Below, piece after piece: positions 28,242-37,929 of a stretch of DNA of 64,000 nucleotides. Position 1 is the stretch's first letter. Each line of letters opens with the position of its first letter. The position numbers were made by a program, and so were the translations under genes. Source of the stretch: Candidatus Lustribacter sp. (GTDB lineage: Bacteria; Vulcanimicrobiota; Vulcanimicrobiia; Vulcanimicrobiales; Vulcanimicrobiaceae); assembly GCA_965277805.1 (NCBI GenBank), contig OZ255842.1:3200001-3264000 (forward strand), read 5' to 3'. The notes under the pieces are model-generated. The model searched no databases. It had not been told where the DNA came from and worked only from the letters and a program-made list of their open reading frames with translations.

Positions 28242-29253
28242 GGCCGCCCTGCTCTGGGTCATCGTCGCCGTCTTCCTCGTGGGCCTAGTGCCCGGCGCCG
28301 GCCGCGCCGCCGACGCCGACGTCGTGAAGCTGATGTTCAATCCGGGCATCTACGACGCGCTGCCGTTGGAACTTGCGCTCGACAAGGGCTATTTTGCCGA
28401 CGCTCACCTCGACGTGCGCGTGACGAAGACGCCGGGTTCGCTCGGATTGATCGTACCGTTCCTGGCGCGCGGCGACATCGACGTTGCGCCGCAAGTGATG
28501 GTGCCGGCGTTCTTCAATCAGTACACGCAGGGCTTCGGCATCAAGGTCGTCGCGACGCTCGATGAAACGCACAAGGGCTGGAACGACACCGTCTACTTCA
28601 TGGTGCGTCAGGATTTGTGGAACACGAAGATTCGCAAACCGTCCGACCTGCGCGGCCTCAAACTGCCGAAGCCCACCGGTTCGCCAAACGATTTCCTGAC
28701 GCTGGAGATCCTCGCCAAAGCCGGGCTCACGATGTCCAACGTCAACATGAACGTGATGCTGACCGGCACGACGAGTTTTCTGCCGTCGCTGCTGAACAAA
28801 CAGTACGATGCACTGAGCGTGCCCGAACCATTGGCCACGCAGTTCGAGAAGCAGGGCATCGCACACCGGTGGCTCGGCTATCAGGACGTAATTCCGTACT
28901 ACCAGACCGGCTATCTTGCGATCTCGCCGCAGTTTGCCAAAGAACATCACGACGACGTCGGGCGCTTCGTGCAAGCCTACTTGCGCGCGTGCCGCGACAT
29001 CGCTGCGACCAACGGGAAGTGGACGCCCGAATTGATCGACGAAGTCGTGAAATGGTCGGGGCAGAGCCGTGACGTCATCGCAGCGATCCCCGGGCCGGCA
29101 TATCCCGGCATCGGCAAAATTTCGGTCGAATCGATAACCCGTCAAGAGCAGCTCTGGCTGCAACTCAACATGCTGCAGAAAAACGTGCCCATCGCGGAAC
29201 TCATCGACGAGTCCTACGCGCGCAACGCGCGTAAAGCGCTCGGCATCAAATAG
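28210..29253 (+). CDS. ABC substrate-binding protein, SsuA/NMT1 family
   Basis: Signal peptide; ALDKGYFADAHLDV, IRKPSDLRG, EP motif; alternative start GTG 28222. Confidence 0.82.
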   Translation: MIVNVRRIRVKAALLWVIVAVFLVGLVPGAGRAADADVVKLMFNPGIYDALPLELALDKGYFADAHLDVRVTKTPGSLGLIVPFLARGDIDVAPQVMVPAFFNQYTQGFGIKVVATLDETHKGWNDTVYFMVRQDLWNTKIRKPSDLRGLKLPKPTGSPNDFLTLEILAKAGLTMSNVNMNVMLTGTTSFLPSLLNKQYDALSVPEPLATQFEKQGIAHRWLGYQDVIPYYQTGYLAISPQFAKEHHDDVGRFVQAYLRACRDIAATNGKWTPELIDEVVKWSGQSRDVIAAIPGPAYPGIGKISVESITRQEQLWLQLNMLQKNVPIAELIDESYARNARKALGIK

Positions 29254-29304
29254 CGACTTTTCCCTCTTCGCAGGCTGCCCGAACGGGCGGACAATAGTGC
29301 GGTT

Positions 29305-30528
29305 ATGAGCCAGCAAGCGATTCGGGCCGGAATACTGAGCCCGCGGCCCGCAGCAACGACCGCGTTCGGCGTGCTCGTCGCGATCAGTTACTGCCACTTC
29401 AGCAACGATTTGCTGCAGTCGCTACTGCCGGCAATTTATCCGAACCTCAAGCTAGCGCTCGGCCTCTCGTTTACCCAGATCGGTTTCGTGACGCTCGCCT
29501 ATCAGATCGTCGCATCGCTTTTGCAGCCGGTCGTTGGTCTCTTTTCCGACAAACGCCCGACGCCGCTGGCATTGCCGCTCGGCACGTTTTTCGCTATGGG
29601 CGGTCTGTGCGTGCTGGCCGTCGCGCACAATTACGGGCTGCTGGTTCTCGGCGCGTGTCTGCTCGGCATCTCCTCGGCGATCTTCCATCCCGAAGCATCG
29701 CGCGTCGCGCGCATGGCCTCGGGCGGACAGCCGGGCCTCGCGCAATCGCTGTTTCAAGTCGGCGGCAACTTGGGCTCGGCCCTCGGGCCGCTGGCGGCCG
29801 CGCTCATCGTCGTGCGCTTCGGTCAAACGAGCCTCGTGTTCTTCGCGATGTTCGCGCTGCTCGCGGCAACCGTGTTGTGGTTCATCGCGCAGTGGTACCG
29901 CGCCGAGGGCCTCACGCGCCTCAAGGCCGCCGTGAAACGCCATCCGCTCGACGTGGCGATCCCGCACCGCCAAGTCGTCACCGCCATCGCGATCCTGCTC
30001 GTGCTGATCTTCTCGAAATACTTCTACCTCGTCAGCATCACGAATTACCTGACGTTCTACCTGATCGAGAAGTTCGGCGTCTCGGTACAGACCTCACAGC
30101 TACACCTGTTCATGTTCGTCGCCGCCGTTGCGGTGGGGACGATCGCGGGCGGCCCGCTCGGCGACCGCTTCGGCCGCAAGTACATCATCTGGTTTTCGAT
30201 CTTGGGCACGCTGCCGTTCACGCTGCTGCTGCCCCACGCCAATTTGTTCTGGACGGGCCCGCTCACGATGATCATCGGCTTGATCCTCGCCTCGGCGTTC
30301 CCGGCGATCGTGGTGTACGCGCAAGAACTCGTCCCGGGCAAGATCGGCACGGTCTCCGGAATGTTCTTCGGCTTCGCATTCGGGATGGCCGGACTCGGCG
30401 CCGCGGTGCTCGGCCTGCTCGCCGATCGCGCCGGCATCGAGTTCGTCTACGGTGTCTGCGCGTTCTTGCCGGCGATCGGACTCTTCGCGGGCTTCCTCCC
30501 GCAAATCGAACGAGCGCCGGCGGCATAA
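29305..30528 (+). CDS. fsr: MFS transporter, Fsr (fosmidomycin resistance) family
   Basis: HFSNDLLQS, FHPEASRVARMASGG, AQSLFQVGGN, FSKYFY. Confidence 0.85.
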   Translation: MSQQAIRAGILSPRPAATTAFGVLVAISYCHFSNDLLQSLLPAIYPNLKLALGLSFTQIGFVTLAYQIVASLLQPVVGLFSDKRPTPLALPLGTFFAMGGLCVLAVAHNYGLLVLGACLLGISSAIFHPEASRVARMASGGQPGLAQSLFQVGGNLGSALGPLAAALIVVRFGQTSLVFFAMFALLAATVLWFIAQWYRAEGLTRLKAAVKRHPLDVAIPHRQVVTAIAILLVLIFSKYFYLVSITNYLTFYLIEKFGVSVQTSQLHLFMFVAAVAVGTIAGGPLGDRFGRKYIIWFSILGTLPFTLLLPHANLFWTGPLTMIIGLILASAFPAIVVYAQELVPGKIGTVSGMFFGFAFGMAGLGAAVLGLLADRAGIEFVYGVCAFLPAIGLFAGFLPQIERAPAA

Positions 30529-30532
30529 CCGT

Positions 30533-31612
30533 TTACTGCGATTTTTCCTCGGCGAACTTCACCAGGAGTTCGATCGCTTTGGTTTCCATTTCGTCGAGTT
30601 CGTTGACGGGCGTCGTTGCGAGCGCCCGTTTTTCTTTGACGAATGCCTGGTGCGCGGCGTAAGCCTCTTGCGCCGCTTCGGGCGTATCGGTGCACTTCTT
30701 GAAGTGCTCGAGTAGCGAGAGCGGGAGCGGGCTGTTCGGCAATTGCGCGCGGCGCAACTCGAACTCTTTGCCGTTGCGGGTGAAGTCGAAGACGCCGTCG
30801 AGGATATTCTCCAACCGGCGGTCGTACGGCAGCGCGCTCAGCCCCTTGCGGGTATCGCGCAGAATCAGGTAGGCATCCGGGCCGAATTGGTCGATGCGCA
30901 CGAACATGACGCCGCTGACGGGCATCTGGAACTTCTTCACGTCGCCTTCGCCGAAGGTGCGCAGACGCAGCTCCTCGTTGGAAACGCGGCCGGCGGCGAG
31001 CCGCTCGGCATAGCTTTCGCGCTCGGCGTTGATCTCGTCGACCTTGGCCTTGGTGCTTGCCAGCTCTTCGTCCTGATGGATCTCGGCTAGCCACTTCTCC
31101 GAGGTCGTGACCTCTTTCACGACCTGCGGCGCACGTTCGAGCGCCTTCTGCATCTCGATCTCGACCTGGGGTTCGTTGTGTTCGATCCGGCGGATGTTGC
31201 TGGCCGCGTTTTCGGCCGCTTTCCACGCGTCTTGCGCGGCGTGATAGAGCTTGTTCGCCGCGCCGAGACTCCTCATGTTCTCGATCATCGACGGCTCGAC
31301 GATGCGCGTCTTTTTGACGTGCGCGGGACAGACTTTGCGGTAGGCTTCGCGCGCGGCCTCGAGGGCTTCGGTACGCCGATTCCACTCGGCATTCGCTTCT
31401 GCGAGTTCTTCCCGGAGCTCCTCGCGCTTGGAGGACGCGTTGCGACGGACCGAACTGTCGTACTCGGACGCAAAGTCTTTGATGCGCCGCTCGATCATGG
31501 ATTTGTAGCGGGCCTGGACCCGCTCGTCTTCGCGAAAATTTGGTACCGCCGGGGGCGGCGGACCTTGGGGACGGACTTCTGGTGTTGTCATGGTGGCCAT
31601 ACTCGGTTCCAC
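30533..31612 (-). CDS. Hypothetical coiled-coil protein
   Basis: Glu/Arg/Lys/Ala-rich helical ORF with host-like codon usage; start uncertain. Confidence 0.75.
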   Translation of the reverse strand: MEPSMATMTTPEVRPQGPPPPAVPNFREDERVQARYKSMIERRIKDFASEYDSSVRRNASSKREELREELAEANAEWNRRTEALEAAREAYRKVCPAHVKKTRIVEPSMIENMRSLGAANKLYHAAQDAWKAAENAASNIRRIEHNEPQVEIEMQKALERAPQVVKEVTTSEKWLAEIHQDEELASTKAKVDEINAERESYAERLAAGRVSNEELRLRTFGEGDVKKFQMPVSGVMFVRIDQFGPDAYLILRDTRKGLSALPYDRRLENILDGVFDFTRNGKEFELRRAQLPNSPLPLSLLEHFKKCTDTPEAAQEAYAAHQAFVKEKRALATTPVNELDEMETKAIELLVKFAEEKSQ

Positions 31613-31873
31613 ATATGGGGGGTGTTTGTCGTGATCTAGACGGTCACTTTACCCTGCCATTTGCGGTCATAATAGGCTTTTGCAGGGGATTCCGCAACGC
31701 ATTTCGGGCGCGTTTTGTCAATGCTTGGTGCCGGTTTCGTCAATGCATTGTAGCGCTGGCGTTCCCTCTGGTTTACGCTTCTTTACAGATGCTCCCGGGT
31801 GCTAGCCGGGGGATTGAGGCTTGGCGGGCAGAACTTTGATAATGCTCACTCCCGCCTAGGAGGCCAGTAGGAA

Positions 31874-32062
31874 ATGGCTACCGGAGTCGCCGCCCCAGCA
31901 CCGTCAGCGAATATCGCCGATCAACGGATCACGCTCTCGCCGGTCGGAACCATTCAGGACACCACCGCGAAGCTCACGATCGAGTCGATCGGCATCACGC
32001 CGCTCCCGATCAATACGCTTCAGGGATTCGGCCAAGGCATCTACGTCAACATAAACGCGTAG
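31874..32062 (+). CDS. Small hypothetical protein (62 aa)
   Basis: Purine-rich RBS (GGAGG/AGGA); C-terminal GFGQGIYVNINA. Confidence 0.6.
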   Translation: MATGVAAPAPSANIADQRITLSPVGTIQDTTAKLTIESIGITPLPINTLQGFGQGIYVNINA

Positions 32063-32077
32063 CGAAGCGAAGGCGGC

Positions 32078-32120
32078 TTGGGCGAAGCCCAAACGCGAAG
32101 GATTCACGGAACGTGAATCC
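32078..32120. terminator. Tandem GAA-loop hairpins between convergent genes
   Basis: TTGGGC-GAA-GCCCAA and GGATTCACG-GAA-CGTGAATCC. Confidence 0.55.
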
Positions 32121-32122
32121 AC

Positions 32123-33403
32123 TCAGGGACGGATTTGGCCGGTGCCTCGCACGAGGTACTTGTAGCTGGTGAGTTGTTCCGCGCCGACCGGACCACGGGG
32201 CGGCAGACGGCCGGTGGAGATGCCGATCTCGGCACCCATTCCGAATTCACCGCCGTCGGCAAATTGCGTCGACGCGTTGTGCAGCACGATCGCGCTTTCG
32301 ACTTCGTCCAAAAAGCGCGCCGCGGCATCCGCATTCTCGGTGACGATCGAGTCGGTGTGGTGCGAACCGTAGTGATTGATGTGCGAGATCGCGCCCGCGA
32401 CGCCGTCAACCACGCGCACCGCTAGGATCGCATCCAGATATTCGGTCGTCCAATCGTCTTCGGTCGCGGCGAGCGCGAGCGGATCGAGCGCGCGCGTTTC
32501 GGCGTCGCCGCGAATCTCGCAGCCGGCCGCGTGCAGATCGGCGAGGATCGGCGGCAAGTGCGTGGCCGCGACCGCGCGATCGACCAGCAACGTTTCCGTC
32601 GCGCCGCAGACGCCGGTGCGCCGCATCTTCCCGTTGACGGTTACCGCGCGGCTCTTCGCAAGGTCGGCCCCCGCATCGACGTAGGTGTGGCAGAGACCCT
32701 CGAGATGCGCGATCACCGGAATCTTGCTGTCGCGCTGCACGCGTTCGATCAGCGAACGGCCGCCGCGCGGCACGATCACGTCGATCGCTTCGGCCATGCC
32801 GAGCATGATGCCGACGGCCGCGCGATCGCGCGTCGGTACGAGTTGCACCGCATCTTCGGGCAAACCGGCTTGCGCGATGCCGCGGCGCAAACACGCCGCA
32901 ATCGCGCCGGACGACGCGAAGCTCTCCGAACCGCCGCGTAAGATAACGGCGTTACCGGCACGCAAACACAAGCCGCCCGCATCGGCGGTGACGTTGGGGC
33001 GCGATTCGTAGATGATGCCGATGACGCCGATCGGAATGCGCACGCGCGCGATGTCGAGGCCGTTGGGGCGCGTCCAGCGCGCGAGTTCGGTGCCGATCGG
33101 ATCGGGCAGCGCGGCCATCGTTTCAAGCCCGACGGCCATTTCCTCGACCCGCTTGTCGTTGAGCAGCAACCGGTCGAGTAGCGCGCCGGAAACGCCGGCC
33201 GTTTTCGCCGCCGCCATATCCGCGGCGTTCGCAGCCAGAATCTCCGCGCGCGCGGCACGCACCGCTTGCGCGGCGTGCTGCAGCGCGGCCGTCTTCTGCG
33301 CGGCCGGCGCGCGCGCGAGCACGCCCGCGGCTTCGCGGGCCGCCGCTGCGATCGAGCGCATCTCACGATCGAGATCCGTTATACCGGGTTGAACTGCCGT
33401 CAT
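32123..33403 (-). CDS. proA: Gamma-glutamyl phosphate reductase
   Basis: [42 protein letters not shown]. Confidence 0.95.
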   Translation of the reverse strand: MTAVQPGITDLDREMRSIAAAAREAAGVLARAPAAQKTAALQHAAQAVRAARAEILAANAADMAAAKTAGVSGALLDRLLLNDKRVEEMAVGLETMAALPDPIGTELARWTRPNGLDIARVRIPIGVIGIIYESRPNVTADAGGLCLRAGNAVILRGGSESFASSGAIAACLRRGIAQAGLPEDAVQLVPTRDRAAVGIMLGMAEAIDVIVPRGGRSLIERVQRDSKIPVIAHLEGLCHTYVDAGADLAKSRAVTVNGKMRRTGVCGATETLLVDRAVAATHLPPILADLHAAGCEIRGDAETRALDPLALAATEDDWTTEYLDAILAVRVVDGVAGAISHINHYGSHHTDSIVTENADAAARFLDEVESAIVLHNASTQFADGGEFGMGAEIGISTGRLPPRGPVGAEQLTSYKYLVRGTGQIRP

Positions 33404-34557
33404 AGTCGTTTTCCGCTTACCACCAGGTCGTCGCGATGGATCATTTCGTCGCGGCCGCGATAGCCGAGGATGGCCTCGATCTCGCTGCTGCGATGCCCGG
33501 CGATCGCTTGCGCGTCAACGCTCGAATACGCCGAGAGCCCGCGCGCGAGCTCGAGCCCGGCACGGCTGCGCACAATAACCGCATCACCTTGCTCGAAGGT
33601 TCCCTCAACCGCAATTACGCCCGCCGGCAGCAGGCTCGTACCGCGCGCGAGCGCGCTGACCGCGCCGTCGTCGACGACGAGCGCGCCCGTGACGTTGACC
33701 GCGCCCGCGATCCAGCGTTTGCGCGCCGTGCCCGGTTCCGCATCGGGAATGAACCACGTCGCGCGCGCGCCCGCTTCGATCGCCGCCAGCGGGTGCAGTT
33801 CTTCACCGCGCGCGATCACCATGCGGCAGCCCGCCGCCATCGCGATGCGCGCGGCCACGAGCTTCGTCACCATTCCGCCCGAACTGTAGCCCACGGGCGC
33901 GCGTCCCGCCATCGCTTCGATCTCGGGAGTGATGTCGCGAACTTCCGGCAGATGCCGCGCGGCAGAATCGCGCCGCGGATCGGCCGTATATAAACCGTCG
34001 ACATCGGAGAGCAGCACCAGCGTGTCGGCGCTGATCATCTGCGCGACGCGCGCCGCCAAACGGTCGTTGTCGCCGAATCGGATCTCGGCCGTGGCGACCG
34101 TATCGTTCTCGTTGATTACCGGCACCGCGCCGAGCGCGAGCAGCTGTTCGATCGTGGCGCGCGCGTTCAGGTGACGGCTGCGCTCCTCGGTGTCGTCGGG
34201 GGTGAGCAGAATCTGTGCGACGCTGATGTCGTGACGCGCGAGCGCTTCGAGATACGCGTGCGCGAGACGGATCTGTCCGGCCGCCGCCGCGGCCTGCTTC
34301 TCTTCGAGCCGTAGCGTACGGCCGACGAGACCGAGATGACGCCGTCCGACCGCGATCGCGCCCGAAGAGACCAGCACCACGTCTTGTCCGCGGGCGCGGC
34401 AGCGCGCAATGTCTTCAGCGAGCGCCGCCAGCCAATCGCGGCGGATGTCGCCCGACGCTTCGTCGACCAGCAGCGCCGAGCCGGCCTTGACGATCAGGCG
34501 GCGCGCGGAAGCGAGCCCGGTGGACGCCGCGAGCTCCGCGGCAGGACGCGACGTCAT
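33400..34557 (-). CDS. proB: Glutamate 5-kinase
   Basis: [37 protein letters not shown] domain. Confidence 0.95.
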   Translation of the reverse strand: MTSRPAAELAASTGLASARRLIVKAGSALLVDEASGDIRRDWLAALAEDIARCRARGQDVVLVSSGAIAVGRRHLGLVGRTLRLEEKQAAAAAGQIRLAHAYLEALARHDISVAQILLTPDDTEERSRHLNARATIEQLLALGAVPVINENDTVATAEIRFGDNDRLAARVAQMISADTLVLLSDVDGLYTADPRRDSAARHLPEVRDITPEIEAMAGRAPVGYSSGGMVTKLVAARIAMAAGCRMVIARGEELHPLAAIEAGARATWFIPDAEPGTARKRWIAGAVNVTGALVVDDGAVSALARGTSLLPAGVIAVEGTFEQGDAVIVRSRAGLELARGLSAYSSVDAQAIAGHRSSEIEAILGYRGRDEMIHRDDLVVSGKRL

Positions 34558-35405
34558 CAGCCGGCGCCGTCGAGATGATTGCGCGCTTCTTCGACCGCGC
34601 GCGCCAGCACCGAGCGCAGCTTGCCGTCTTCCATCACGAGCAGCGCGGCGATCGTGCAGCCGGCGGGCGTCGTCACGTCGTCGCGCAACGCGGCCGGATG
34701 ACGATCGTTCTCCTGCACCATCACGGCGGCGCCGAGCACCGTCTGCGCCACCAGCGTCATGGCGACGTCGCGCGGCAAACCGATCCGCACGCCCGCGTCG
34801 GCCAGCGCTTCAATGATGAGGTAAACGTAGGCGGGACCGCTGCCGCTGATTGCGGTGACCGCGTTGAGCTGACGCTCTTCAATCGTGATGCACAACCCGA
34901 CGGCGCCGAAGAGGCGCTCTGCAATCGCGAGGTGCGCCGCCTTCGCGTGGCTGCCGCCGGAGATCGCCGTCATGCCCCGCCCGACGAACGACGGCGTGTT
35001 GGGCATCGCACGCACCACCGGATTCGCCGTGCCGAGCGCCGCCTCGATGCGCGCGATCGAGACGCCGGCCGCTACCGAGATCACGAGCGCCTCGGGCTCC
35101 AGGCCGGCGGCGACGAGTTCGCGCAGCGCCGCCTCGAGCTGGGCCGGCTTCACGGCCAGCAGCAGCACGTCGCTCCCGGCGGTCAGCTCCGCATACGAGG
35201 TGTGCGCCGCAATGCCGAACTCGTTGGCAACCATCTGCGCGGACGCGGCGGATTTGGTCGCGGCCCAGACCGCATCGAGGGGAACGCCGCTACCCAGCAC
35301 GCCCCGCAGGAGCGCGCCGCCCATCGCCCCGGCACCGATAATGCCGAGCCGCGAACCGGGTGCGAGGGCCGCAGCGGGCCCGTCAATCGAGATTTCCACG
35401 ACCAA
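34557..35405 (-). CDS. proC: Pyrroline-5-carboxylate reductase
   Basis: [34 protein letters not shown]. Confidence 0.93.
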   Translation of the reverse strand: MVVEISIDGPAAALAPGSRLGIIGAGAMGGALLRGVLGSGVPLDAVWAATKSAASAQMVANEFGIAAHTSYAELTAGSDVLLLAVKPAQLEAALRELVAAGLEPEALVISVAAGVSIARIEAALGTANPVVRAMPNTPSFVGRGMTAISGGSHAKAAHLAIAERLFGAVGLCITIEERQLNAVTAISGSGPAYVYLIIEALADAGVRIGLPRDVAMTLVAQTVLGAAVMVQENDRHPAALRDDVTTPAGCTIAALLVMEDGKLRSVLARAVEEARNHLDGAG

Positions 35406-35522
35406 TTACGGTTCTGGGCGCTCGAGTTGGGTTCCCGGGAAGCAATGACGGCTAGCGGGGAACGCCAGGCTGCACGCCGGAACTCCAACACGGAATTCAG
35501 TTCCGGGAGGACGCCTTTCGTC

Positions 35523-37415
35523 ATGCAAGAGCTGTTCAAACAATACCTCGACCAAAATATCTCGCGGGGCAAACTGCTCCAAGGCCTCGGCGCCGTCGGC
35601 CTGAGCGCTGCAGCGGCGAGCACGATCGCCGAATCGCTGGCGCCGGTGAACGTCAGCGCGGCGACCGCGGCGGGCGCGGTCCGCAACCTGCGCGATACCG
35701 GCGGCACGCTCTTCGTGCAACAGCTCAAGGCCGCGGGCGTGAAGTACTACTTCTTCAACCCGTCGACCGGCGATGCGCCGATCTTCAACGCGATCGCCAA
35801 CGAGCCGAGCATCCAGCTCATCAAGGGCATTCAAGAAGGCGTGGTCATCGCGATGGCCGACGGCTACTCGCGGATGTCGGGCAAGACCGGCGTGTGCACG
35901 ATCGCCAACGTCGGTTTGCCCAACGGCATGACGCAGCTCGTCAACGCCTACAAGGACCGCATACCGCTGCTGCTGGTCATCGCTGCCTTCGGAACGCAGC
36001 AATCGGGCCGCGACGGCCCGCAAGACTACGATCATCAGGAAACGATGCTGCAGCCGCTGACCAAATGGTATTGGATGGCGGAATCGGGCGCCGCCATTCC
36101 GGAGACGACGCGCCGCGCGATGAAGTTCGCCACGACGCCGCCGGGCGGCCCGGTGTTCGTCTCGATTCCCGATGACATCCTCGGCCAGCCCGCCGCCGCC
36201 GACATCTACGACCAGTCGGGCTACGACGTGCCGGTGAAGATTCGCGCCGATGCGTCCGACGTCGAAAAAGTCGCGCGCATGCTGATCGAAGCGAAGAACC
36301 CGCTGCTCTCGGTCGGCGACGAGATCACGATGTGCAACGGCGAGGCCGAAGTGTTGCAGCTGGCCGAACTGCTCGGCTTGCCGGCGGCGGGCGGCGGCGA
36401 ATTCGGCGTTTGGTCGAAACCGTTCCCGACGATGCACCCGCTCTACCTCGGGCCCGTGCTCAAGAACATGAAGTACCCGGGCGACGTCGACGTGCGGCTG
36501 AACATCGGCAACCAGTACGGCGAGGTTTCCGGGCCGAACACGACGCTGATTTCGATACGCCGCGATCCGACGAGCCTCGGCCGCGTGGGTCCGGTCGACA
36601 TGGGGCTCGTGGCCGACAGTAAACTCGCCGCTGCCGATCTCGTTGCGGCGGTGAAGAGCATCGCGACCGCCGATCGTTTGCGTCAGATCGCCGCCGGCCG
36701 TCTCGCGCGCACCAAAGCCTACACCGACGGCATGAAAAAGATGCGCGAAGCAATGCTCACCGGGTTCCCGAGCGCCGACGGCGGGCCGGTAACGCTCGAA
36801 CGGCTGGCGTACGAACTCGAGAACGGGCTCGAGAAAGATACGATCTACGTCAACGACACCGACTCCGGCAAGAAGATGGACGTCTTCATGACCTTCGGCG
36901 CCGGCGGAAAAACTTACGTCGGCAACGGTCCGAACATTCTGGGCTGGGGACTCTCGGCCGGCGCCGGCGCCAAACTTGCGCGGCCGGATTCGCCGGTCGT
37001 CGCGATCCTCGGCGACGGCGCGTTCCTCTTCGGCGGCCCGCAACCGCTGTGGAGTCAAGCCCGCTATAACATTCCGGTCTTGAACATCGTGCTGAACAAC
37101 CGCAGCTACAACAACGAGCGCAACCGCATCTGGACGTTCGTCTCGGGACAGCAATTCAAATCCGGTCTCGACATGACGTGCTACAACGGCTCGCCCGACG
37201 TCGACTTCGTCAAGGCGTCGCAAGCATTCGGCGTCGAGGGCGAGCTGGTGAAAGAGCCGGGCCAGATCAAGGCCGCGATCGCGCGTGGGAAACGCGCGAC
37301 CGCAGAAGGGAGACCGTACTTGCTGGAAGTTCTCATTCAACGAGACGGCGTCGGCGCCGGTTCGACCTGGTATCCGCCGTTCTCCGTTGCGGCGATGCGG
37401 ACGCGCCATGTATAA
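35523..37415 (+). CDS. ThDP-dependent enzyme (benzoylformate decarboxylase/ALS-like) with Tat-like leader
   Basis: GGGAGG RBS; QEGVVIAMADGY with catalytic Glu, GDGAFLFGG...NN ThDP motif. Confidence 0.85.
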   Translation: MQELFKQYLDQNISRGKLLQGLGAVGLSAAAASTIAESLAPVNVSAATAAGAVRNLRDTGGTLFVQQLKAAGVKYYFFNPSTGDAPIFNAIANEPSIQLIKGIQEGVVIAMADGYSRMSGKTGVCTIANVGLPNGMTQLVNAYKDRIPLLLVIAAFGTQQSGRDGPQDYDHQETMLQPLTKWYWMAESGAAIPETTRRAMKFATTPPGGPVFVSIPDDILGQPAAADIYDQSGYDVPVKIRADASDVEKVARMLIEAKNPLLSVGDEITMCNGEAEVLQLAELLGLPAAGGGEFGVWSKPFPTMHPLYLGPVLKNMKYPGDVDVRLNIGNQYGEVSGPNTTLISIRRDPTSLGRVGPVDMGLVADSKLAAADLVAAVKSIATADRLRQIAAGRLARTKAYTDGMKKMREAMLTGFPSADGGPVTLERLAYELENGLEKDTIYVNDTDSGKKMDVFMTFGAGGKTYVGNGPNILGWGLSAGAGAKLARPDSPVVAILGDGAFLFGGPQPLWSQARYNIPVLNIVLNNRSYNNERNRIWTFVSGQQFKSGLDMTCYNGSPDVDFVKASQAFGVEGELVKEPGQIKAAIARGKRATAEGRPYLLEVLIQRDGVGAGSTWYPPFSVAAMRTRHV

Positions 37416-37929
37416 ACCGGCGCTCTTTCTCTTCGCGCTCGTGGCGGCGCTCGGCGCCGCCGCGCTGCCGCTGCGCGCACAGCAAGACAACAACCCGCTG
37501 CCGCCCGGCGACGGCCGCGACATTGTCGCGGTCACCTGTTCGCAATGTCACGGCCTCAATGCACTCACGCAACTGCGCCAAGGCGCGAAGGCGTGGCGCC
37601 ACCAGATCTACGACATGATCGAGCGCGGCGCGCAGGTCTCGCCGAGCGAGATCGACGTGATGGTCAACTATCTCACAACGCACCTCGGTCCGGGCATCCC
37701 GTATCCCGGTCCGTCGCCCGCGCACGTCGATTTGCCCGCCGGCACCGGGGCCGACATCGTGCAGAGCCGGTGCAGTCTCTGTCACGGCGTCGACCGCGTC
37801 GTCGCGACCAAACGCACGCGCGCGCAGTGGACCAGCATCGTGAACCGGATGGTCTACCTCGGCGCCCCGCTCAGCGCCGGCCAGCAAAAAACCGTCCTCG
37901 ATTATCTAAGCACGAATTACAGTAACTAA
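37408..37929 (+). CDS. Secreted di-haem cytochrome c
   Basis: Signal peptide; CSQCH and CSLCH, each followed by W..M (internal duplication). Confidence 0.85.
   Translation: MYKPALFLFALVAALGAAALPLRAQQDNNPLPPGDGRDIVAVTCSQCHGLNALTQLRQGAKAWRHQIYDMIERGAQVSPSEIDVMVNYLTTHLGPGIPYPGPSPAHVDLPAGTGADIVQSRCSLCHGVDRVVATKRTRAQWTSIVNRMVYLGAPLSAGQQKTVLDYLSTNYSN

Noticed and set aside
34575-35522. Apparent 946-aa ThDP fusion protein
   Set aside because: The N-terminal part is antisense to proC; the real start is at 35523 with an RBS
35406-35522. TPP riboswitch upstream of the ThDP enzyme
   Set aside because: No CUGAGA or ACCUGAU core motifs
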